NCBI GenBank assembly: GCA_977016875.1
Contig: CDRNST010000519.1
Coordinates: forward strand, 1,116,001 to 1,180,000
Direction: 5' to 3'
DNA from: Pavona decussata
Taxonomy: Eukaryota
Length of the DNA stretch: 64,000 nt
Shown: piece after piece, positions 13,846 to 23,100 of the stretch
Position numbering within the stretch: position 1 is the first letter of the stretch
How the letters are laid out: every line of letters begins with the position of its first letter
Program-made: the position numbers and the translations under genes
The notes under the pieces: model-generated
Told to the model about the DNA's origin: nothing
Seen by the model: the letters and a program-made list of their open reading frames with translations, nothing else
The model's database searches: none

Positions 13846-14047
13846 CTTGAGTATTCTCGATGATCTTAATGATATCTGGATCCCTAGACGATGCTTTGTG
13901 GTCTGCGACGATTTCAAGAGCGTTTATCCTCTTTTTGTGTTCCTTCAATTCCAATTCAATCCTCAAAAACCCGGCACAGTACAACAGAATCGATATAACA
14001 GAAATAATGGAAGCAAAGGAAGGAGAACTGTGCTTCTGAGCCGTCAT
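13846..14047 (-). CDS. Exon 1 of collagen-Ig-TLDc gene: N-terminal signal anchor plus coiled coil
   Basis: ATG at 14047 gives MTAQKHSSPSFASIISVISILLYCAGFLRIELELKEHKKRINALE. Donor G|gtaggt at 13845 is phase 1, matching the exon 2 acceptor. Confidence 0.8.
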
Positions 14048-15079
14048 GTTAGTCAACAATCCGCCGCATCAATCTACAATGCAATGTTTGTCTAATTCTG
14101 TTTCAGCCCGATATGTGATACTCACATCACGAGCGTGGATGATGTGGCAAAGTTTATCCTATTTATATTCCTTCTCATGTTATGCGACACAAAGTTCACA
14201 TCCGTCTCGGCAAGTTTTCTTAATTGATATCAAAACACATGAGGAGGTGCCAGAGTTCATGGAGGACGTGCTTACGGAGTTGGGCATTCGCCAACTCTCT
14301 TTTCGCACCCGCGAGATACTTGCTTTACGTGGTCTCTCGTGCACGTTGCTGTAACGGTTCAGCGGCCCTTTAACTGGACTACCTGTAGTTCTGAAGCTGT
14401 CCATAAAAGAAAAGAAAACTTCAAACTAGAAACCACAATTTTCTCACACCACAAGAAACTCTATCCAAGCGTTTTGTCGGGTCAAGATTATTGTTATTGG
14501 GGGGTGATTGTGTTGAGTATGACGCGCCGTTTGTTTCAAAGTTGGTTGGTATTTTTATAGTTACCGTATCTGTATCATTCCGAAGTATCTCCCCTGTCGT
14601 AGCCTGTGTAGAGCCGCCCCCTCCCCTCGGTGCAACAAAGGAAATAGAAGACGTCTGCACGCAGGCTACTCCGTCGTCCACATATAAATATTATTAATCC
14701 TTCAAATGCTTGCTTCTTTGAGTTGTTTGCAATAAGCAGATCTGTTGCAGAAATAATTAGTAATCATTAGTTTAGTTTGACACTGTTTTCATTGTAGCCT
14801 GAGTATCAGGCTTTTCAGTGGGGAGGGGGGGGGGGGGGGGTTGGGGAGAGGGGAGATAACCGGTCATTTCAAAGTTGATTGAAGTTGCATGAAGCTTTAA
14901 ACTATCGTTTCCGGCCGTTGTTTCGTGATTACGTTCTCCATATCTTACGACGATGATTTTATTAAAATTACCTTTTGAAAGACATGTTCGCGGTCAAAAT
15001 TTAGCAAGTAACAAATCCGAATGGTGTTACAGAGGCCGAAAGTTAGTCTCCTTCGCAGTAGCCTGTGTTGCAGCCGAAC

Positions 15080-15134
15080 CAACCTCGTTCCCAGGGTCTC
15101 TCATCTTAGATGAGAGACCCTGGGAACGAGGTTG
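15080..15134. mobile_element. Short palindromic MITE
   Basis: CAACCTCGTTCCCAGGGTCTCTCATCT-T-AGATGAGAGACCCTGGGAACGAGGTTG forms a perfect hairpin. Confidence 0.85.
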
Positions 15135-16696
15135 CAGCCGATTTTGTTACTCGAGACCCTGACTTGTCAGTCTACCCGTTGTTCTGTTGTTTGGGCTGGT
15201 CACACAACGCGCTCCCTCTCGTGTGACTAGCCTAAACAACCTCGAAAGTTGACTATAATCCCTTCATGGCATCTGCTGCAGGCGCGAAAGTGTCATGCAG
15301 AAAACGTGACAAGGTCTTTGCGAGAGAAGTTCAGCGTTTGCGCGTTTGTTTTGGCCCAGCAACAGGAAACGGACGTAATCTGACGGAGCCGGAAATCTCT
15401 AACAATATCTTTTTGGAGTTATAAATGAAATAAATTTGTATTTGACATCTTTACGAGTACAACGCGGTGAAGCGTTATTAGTTTGGGCGTAAACATAGCA
15501 CAGAATTGTTTATATGGAGAAAGAAATTGAAATTCAAGGTTATAGTCAAAGTTGAAACCTGGGAAAATATATTACAAACTTAATGTACCATGAAACTGGG
15601 TTGAAAGCGTTCAATGACGATTTTTGTTACTCAATATTACTTTTTATCTATTAAACGCTGTGAAGTCTAGGAGAGCAGGACGTTAAAGGTCCCCCTTATT
15701 TTCTTTTGGAAGGCTACATCTCTTGAACTACCGGGATAAAAAGTTTAAAACTGTTTCAAAGAGTATAAAATAAGATATGTGATGGTGCGGATGCAGTTTT
15801 TTTTTTCTTTTTCGTCGACTACATTTTCCCCTGGGAACTGATTTTTTTTGTCTTCTCTTTTAGCTGTTTCTGAGTTTGAAATAAAAACCGTTTCGTTTGT
15901 GATTAAATGTAAACAGCAATTTCTAAACATTATTACGTAATTTGTGATAAAATACGCGTCATAGTACCACATATGCAAAGTTGAAAAATCTACAATTTCG
16001 ATTTTATGCAACTTTGTCTTTTCTCCGTTACGTTTATTTTTTTTTGCGTTTAAATACCCCTTAAGTTTGACCATAGACACTAATGTCGCGGGAAATTTGA
16101 ATTTCTATAATAAGCTGTAACTTCACGTCTTCTTATCCGATTGAGATGGGGTTTTCACCAGAAATCATAGAATTCTATACCGAAAACCAATACAGCATTT
16201 TTCACATTATTTTCCTGAATTTTAATTCTGACGCCAAATTTGGGCATCATTTGTGGCGTCACAATAGCAGTCAAATAAAATTAAATAAGAACCAATTGCA
16301 AGGTAATTTATCCACCTACTTCCCTTCTAAGTCTCGTTACATTTGATTCATTCTACTTTTGTCTATAGCTTATAACTCTCAGTTTTGAGAGTCGCGGGAG
16401 GAAAAGCCCTAGCAACCGACCATCGTGATATAAATGATAATAGAAGCAGAAGGCTGGTTTGGCCAGCCTAAATATAGCACACTTTAAAAAGTAATTCTGC
16501 GTTGTGTCGGTCTCTGCTTCTATTATCAAATAGAGTAACCTTTTTTACATCTTGTATTTAAATTGACTGATAAATGAATCACTAAATGACGTTGTCGTCA
16601 TATACAGTTGCGTTTGAGACTGTCAATGTATACTTCTCGAGTATATTGAAAGCTACATCAGCGTGTATCAATTTTTTCAATTTAGGTGTTGCTTTT

Positions 16697-16883
16697 GACT
16701 TACTTGACTTAGTTCCTTATCTCCTCTGGGAGAATAGGGCCGTTGACTTGTTTTCTCCATCCCACCCTGTCTCTCGCAGCGATGACAGCCTCTCCCCAAG
16801 TGTCAAAACCCATCTTCTGCCTCTCTCCTTCCACAGTCCTTCTCCAGGTCTCTTTCGGCCGCCCTCTTTTCCTCTTCCCCTTG
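16697..16883 (-). mobile_element. RTE-clade LINE 3' fragment with microsatellite tail
   Basis: Reverse strand reads GKRKRGRPKETWRRTVEGERQKMGFDTWGEAVIAARDRVGWRKQVNGPILPEEIRN*, followed by a short TAAGTCAAG-repeat tail. The 13-bp repeat AGGTGTTGCTTTT occurs at 16684-16696 and 16988-17000. Confidence 0.85.
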
Positions 16884-19052
16884 TTTTATTAGGAGGAGTT
16901 CGAAAAACGAAAGGAGAGAGGCAATCGTTTTTTTTTTTTTTTTTTTTTAGCAGGCACTAAAAGCAACACCTCCAACTTGGACACTGGAGGTGTTGCTTTT
17001 AGTGCCTGCTAAAAAAAAAAAAACGATTGCCTCTCTCCTTTCATTTTTCGAACTCCTCCTAATAAACCAAAAAAATTCACTAAGCAATCTTTAAAATGCG
17101 GCTAAATTTCTGTTAATTCAACTGCATTTTCATCCTACTCCAAATCCAAATTCGAAGAAGGCAGCTTTTCAGGTCGATCATATTGCCAAGACTTGAACTA
17201 TTCTGGATTGAAATCACCATGATAATTTATTAAGTTTAAAACGTCGTTACTAAATCCATGTCAAATTTGTGTCCACATATAAAATTAATGGCGGTATTTT
17301 CGACATATCCGCATTAAAAATATAATAATAATATCTATCGTCTCGTTTTCGTTTTTTCTTTTTATTTTCTTTCTTTCAAATTTTTTGAGGTCGTAAGGGC
17401 AGCTTTGCTTTGGTTGAATTCTTTCTTCTTCATTTTCTAGTCTTCTTTTTGATAACAAGGATAATTAAAATATTTACTACATTGCGTGATTGAATTTGTT
17501 CACGTCAATTTGGTTGTTTTAAATCTCGCCGCACATCTCTCAGGCATGGATATAAAAATGATTAAAGGGCCATGCAAGCTTGCGTGGTTGTGCCATTAAA
17601 TCTTTCACGACAAGGGCAGCAATTATACATATTTTGATGCTTACGAAAAAAGAAATTAAGCCGCGTGTCTGTCGAACATTATATTTCAGAATACGCTGCT
17701 CCGGTAATTCCTGAGAGGATTTTTGATTTATTTCCGTGTTTTTCACTTGTCTTGCATGTCACATTCTGCGTCGCGTAAACATCATTCAGCAAAACATATG
17801 GCACTTAGCCTTAAAAGGATAGCTATCCTTACAACAGACTAGAATATCCTTTCAAGCCGAACAGTTCATTTTCTGCAGGACTTCGGACTCATTTGGTGAG
17901 TACACTTTCGGCACGTTTGTTATTTTTGTTTTGCAGCAAAAAAGGACTTCATATTTGAATTAGTTCAGCAAATATGGCAATCTTCGGGTTGATTGTCTCA
18001 CATCAAAAGACAAAACAAAATAAATATTTTCTTATGTATTTCTCTTCAAAATGTGTTACCGTCTATTGCTTCAACAAAAGGAACGCCTCAAAAAGACGAG
18101 AGCTATGATTTGAATCATTACGGTTTTATGTTTTAAGGAATGACGAATAAATTCGATCCTTTAACACAGTAAACTTTCGATCAGCTTTAAAGTACGAACT
18201 GATCGAATACTGAAAATACGAGAGAAACTCGACAGCATAAATGACACTCGTTGACCAAGCTACAATAGCTAGACCCGGAAGCGGACAAGACACTTCAGTC
18301 TAAATCTATTGTTAACCAAAAAACCCGATCTTAGCAGACATTGACACTCTAGAATATATTTACGTTCAACACAGTTTTCTCGCCGAAAATCTCTGTTGTA
18401 TTATATGGTTATTTTTTTTTACGCTCCCGGTTCAGTTTAAATTATTTATTGCATGGTTTTCCTTTTAACGCTTTGATAGGTATCCCATTCGGTGACGTCA
18501 CGTCAGAGGTAAATACAGATGTTATCACACTCACAGATGCCAACATTTATCATTTTTATTCTTCAGCCCGAGGGAATGAGTGGTGAAAAGATCACTTTTG
18601 ACAAGAGTTGACAAATTCATAAACGTGGAAGCACAAGTGCGTCATTATGTGTACTTTTGAGAATATTTTAAACTGAGCTAACTGCAAAACAATACATATC
18701 CACGTTACACCGAAAATATCACTATAAATTAAAGCAATTTTTTTTATATATATTTAATTAAGTAACGCCCTCTTCGAATCAAAGAAATTACGATACGATC
18801 GTGAGGTTAAAACATATATTTGTTATAAATTAATCATATTTTTCATCTCCGACCAGTCAGTCGTTTGATACGAGCTTTGGTGGATTGCGCTTGATTATTT
18901 CAGTATTGTCATGCATGGTGATAACAGTATTACTAGCAATAAGGTGTTTTATAGCATGTGGCATGCAGTTGCCATGGGAAATTTTCTTGGAGCCAGACCT
19001 GGTCTATCTGGGAAGCTCTGATCCCAAGATTTTACCTGGCGCATATTTTTTA

Positions 19053-19226
19053 AGAATAAAAAGTAGCGAGATTAAATCATGACGTTTCAGCGACGACATG
19101 TCACCATTATCAAATGTAAATTATTATAAGGTCAGTAACGTTACTGAACTTATAATCATTTACATTTGATAATAGTGAAATGTCGTGGCCGAAACGTCAT
19201 GTTTTAATCTCGCTACTTTTTGTTCT
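19053..19226. repeat. 174-bp near-perfect palindrome with a hammerhead-like motif in each arm
   Basis: Centre AACGTT at 19139/19140. Each arm carries TTGATAAT-stem-GAAACGTC. Confidence 0.85.
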
Positions 19227-20764
19227 GAAATATTTTTCCAAATCCTTCGTTATCAGTATATTTTTGTTTTGTACGTTATGCGATCATATGTAACAAGGCA
19301 GCCTGTCAGGATCTCAGAAATCTCCTTTTTTCAGTATCGAGATGCCAGTGACGTGAAAATATTCCCCAGTAAATCGGACTGGCCGATTGTTGGATAAAAC
19401 TGAAAATACGGCTAGTATAGGTAGTTTGCACTTCCGCCATGTTGGTAGACAAAACAAAAGAAAATTTGTTCACAAAGTTTGCATAAATATGGAAAAGAAA
19501 TCCCAGAGGAGAAAAATCTTATTTCTCCTGTCCACCAACTTGGCCGCGATCCATCACATTCAAACCATCAATTGGCTTGTTTCTCAGTTCTAGGTTAAAA
19601 TGTAATCAGTCCGAGTTTTCTCAGTTGTAATTGAGGAGCTTTGAGGCTTACAGAGCCACCAGAAAGACGAACGATACTTTCTGCTAAGCTTAGGCAAGGA
19701 GGCTTTCTCGTTAGCTCTTTTTCTCTCGAGATTAAGCCTAACCCTAACCGTAACCCTAAACCTAACCCCAATGTCCAAATTGATGTAGTCTCGGTCGCTT
19801 GTGCCACCTCTGAGGGAGGCCATTACAACTAGATTAAAATTGAACACAACGCAAATTAGCTAAAAGGTACCAAACATCGTCTTATATACATAATTAGGAT
19901 TTTGAAGCTAAAAAATGAGTTTTGAGTTTTAAGTTTTGACTGTTGTTCCTTGTGCGCTTTTAAATTTCTACCGAAGCCGTTTTGGCAAGAAATACTTTTG
20001 GTGTTTCCCTTCAACAAAATTTACAATATTTCATAAATTCTCATGCATTAATGTTAGCTCTGCAGTGTATGTTGTAGTGATCAAGAGAACCCATGAATTT
20101 CCCACTGAGCGTTAGCCCATGTAAGGAAAAGGGACGAGGCAAAAACTTTGACCTCGTCATGAATCATTCATTATTATACATTACCTTTACTGTAATTAAG
20201 GATGGCATAGGACATAAGCATAAAATAAACAAGCGAGGATACTGACTTCGTAAGCATAAAGATATACGCATGAGCAGAAAAGCATTTCTTGGCGGAAGTC
20301 TCGATACAGGCCAAGATGTAACCATGACTGGTGGAGGAACAGTTGACTGCCTTGTGCTTGTGCTTATGTCGTCCCTATTCTCATGTTAAGTGAAAACTCT
20401 GAAACAGGCATTAGAATAATTACAAGAAGTACAAACGTGTTCGTTCTCCTTGTGCTTATGCTTATTCATATGTCGCAGGTGTTCTCACTTGCCGTTTAAG
20501 CGGCGTTTGTGCTTATGCTTACTTTCTAGAGAAGTCCAGGCTTACAGAGTTTCATCCTGCCTGTTAAATTACCGCTAAAGAGATCATGAATCCAAAAGCT
20601 ATGCCATGGCCGACGTTGAACTATAATAACAGGAGCTACTTGTAGATGAATTTTGTTTCACCTCAGTAACGTTTGATGAGAAATGTTTCTCTGATTCTAT
20701 CAGCTATATTAACTGATTACAATTTTCTTCTTTATGAAAGGCAACAACCGTCTGGATAAAAGTC

Positions 20765-21029
20765 ATGTCTGACCTTGCTGCATTTAAAAACAATGTACAG
20801 ATACGCGCCTTTAGGAGCGTCTCATTCAACCGCCATCCCCCAATTGGATCTCATCGCTCAAGAAGAACTCTCAGTCTTCCAACTCGGGAAAAGCCAGCAA
20901 TTCCGCCGGTAATAACGGAAAACCCTGAATTCTCGCAGCTGGTGTCTGGCGAACCACACACTGAGGAAGAGATGCCAAAAGAAGAACAGCCGAAACAGCA
21001 GCAGATACTCCTGGATTGTTATGAAATCG
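20765..21029 (+). CDS. Tail-anchored small protein paralogue A, coding exon 1 (cytosolic region)
   Basis: Upstream acceptor ag|20741, ATG 20765, donor G|gtacgg at 21030 (phase 1). Motifs RAFRSVSF, RRTLSLP and PAIPPVITE are shared with the ORFs at 31607 and 48040. Confidence 0.85.
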
Positions 21030-21439
21030 GTACGGTGGATCTTTTAACCTGGACGTTTTATAGAGTTCCCTATAGGGTGGGGGCGTAGGTGATTGACTTC
21101 CAGGAACAGTCTGTATGAGATATGTATTGGCACCATAGCAAGTTTGGGTCCCTTGTAGCAGGCTTTTATTAAGGCTGGTTTTCACTGACTAGGATATGAG
21201 CGTAAGAGTAAAGATAAGCAAGTGAGAACACTAGCTACATAAGCATAAAGACAGACCCACGCGCAGAAAACCATTTCTTGACGGAATTCTCGATACCAGC
21301 CCTCCTTGGACGAAACGGTTGACTGCCTTTTGCTTGCGCTTTTGTCGTCCCCGCTCTCATTAGTGAAAACTTCGACATATGCATACGCAATGTAAATATC
21401 GCAGGTGTTTTTGGACGACTATCTTATTTTTTCCAACAG

Positions 21440-21558
21440 GTTGGGTTAGTCCAGTGGTAGGATTACTCATCAGTCTGCTTTTGTACGCTTGGGCGTGTTT
21501 CCTTGCATTGTCTTCAAACAACAAAGAACCAGGAAGTGATAAGAAGTTTTATATGTAA
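21440..21558 (+). CDS. Tail-anchored small protein paralogue A, coding exon 2 (TM helix)
   Basis: Acceptor ttccaacag|GT gives in-frame (G)WVSPVVGLLISLLLYAWACFLALSSNNKEPGSDKKFYM*. Full protein 127 aa. Confidence 0.85.
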
Positions 21559-22322
21559 ATAGGGACACGGCTTGCTAGGACGTTTACATTTCTGACACTC
21601 TACTTACTGATACATTTTAATTCATCATCTGAGGGTATATGAATGATATGGACACCGAGATTCAAGTCAGCTCCAGGAGACAGCAAGTAATTTCCAGCAT
21701 GTTCCTGATGTCTGTTGGCCCTTGTCGTCATGCCAGACGGTCATAGCAGTTTGCTAGCTCCTCTCGTGGCTAATCCTACCAAAAATCAGGATTTGAGCGG
21801 CAGGACCGGCTGCAGTAACGGCACGTAAAGGTGCCACAATTTGAGACGGCGGCCGTTTGACGCACTCTCTGTTTTCTTCGATCGCACTTCTCTTTCCACT
21901 CTGCCCTCAGCATCTCTTCCTGCAGGGCGGCTCCTGTGGGCACCGCAAGTTTTCCATGCCGCTCGATCTGACACCATTCGTTACCAGGATTTTGGGTCTA
22001 TCTGTTCATGTCTAGTACTGGATGTTTATTTCGATCAAAGGATTTCATCACAAACATGTGTCATTGACCAAATACCAAGGAGCCTTGAAACGACTTACTT
22101 TTCTAATTGCACGGCTTAATTCTTATGTACCGATAGCGCCGAGATATGTACCAATACCTTTTACTCCCCTCCCCGTGCATAGGGAGCATTTTGATACTGT
22201 ATGACGCCAGGGTGGAGATAAATTTGTGCAAATTCATGTCCACCGGGCAACTTGTTAAAACTGACTGCGGGGGCCTCAATGCATGTTACGTATAGGCTGT
22301 GTAGCAAGCGTTTCCTTGTTTA

Positions 22323-22355
<33 letters not shown>

Positions 22356-22411
22356 TATTTATTTATTTATTTGTTTGGCTGTTTAACCGTGCGTAAATCG
22401 GGACGGGGGCG

Positions 22412-22442
<31 letters not shown>

Positions 22443-22961
22443 GGAGTAGGGTCTGATGGAGGGGTGGGTTAATAAGAGGGGACTAGAGAGAGGAAACGCT
22501 TGCCGCTTGCCCCTCTACCCCTTCCTCCGTTTCTTTGTTTTTTTTTTTTTTTTTTCGTTCTCGTCATAATTTCCGCTCGTTGAAACAGAGAAAAACGCAG
22601 AAAACTCCACAGAAACTCTTGCCACGCAGACTATGTTGATCTATGTTATATATTGTGTAGTTTTCTTGATCGAAATCATTATAGAATTGGAGCTGAAGAT
22701 CACTAAAGATAACTTTAAAGAGCAAAACCCGATATGATGCCTTTCTATACGACTTGCTGCATGAAACCGAAAAAAAAAAAACCCAACAGTTATCGCAGTT
22801 TGTAATAAATTCCTGGCTTTGAGTAAATGCGTTGTCCGGTTGCCGTTTTCATAAATACCAACCCGGCTTTGTCTTCCCAGGTTCCTTCCCTCGTCCCCAC
22901 GAATGGAAAGCGCTCTAGGTTCATGTGACAAACAACCAATGCATACTGCTAGGATGTGATG

Positions 22962-23100
22962 TCAATGGGTGGCAATGTGCTTGGATTTGACAGTCGATGG
23001 GTGGCAATGTGCTGGGATTTGAATGTCGATGGGTGGCAATGTGCCTGACTTTTGAATGTCGATGAGTGGCAATGTGCTGGGATTTGAATGTCGATGAGCG
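22962..23100. repeat. Minisatellite, ~32-33-bp unit x4
   Basis: GATGGGTGGCAATGTGCTGGGATTTGAATGTC repeated. Confidence 0.85.

Noticed and set aside
14200-14345. Minus-strand frame containing HVLHELWHLL (HExxH metalloprotease-like)
   Set aside because: Bounded by stops within ~35 codons, with no splice support or other protease motifs. May be chance.
17820-17900. Candidate non-coding first exon and promoter for paralogue A (donor gtgagt at 17896), and TAAT-rich stretches upstream of B and C
   Set aside because: An upstream exon must exist, but its position cannot be fixed without transcripts, and TAAT motifs are common in AT-rich DNA.
21030-21088. Unspliced C-termini of ORF-track proteins 20765..21088, 31607..31918 and 48040..48297
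   Set aside because: These are intron read-through. Similarity stops at conserved phase-1 donors and resumes in the downstream TM exons.
20765-21558. Assigning the small TM proteins to phospholamban, BH3-only or KASH families
   Set aside because: RRTLS is not the canonical PKA RRxS spacing, there is no LxxxGD BH3 core and no terminal PPPx. Only a functional analogy is supportable.
21786-22119. GC-richer ORFs downstream of paralogue A
   Set aside because: No ATG or splice support and no convincing counterpart near B or C. Probably 3' UTR.
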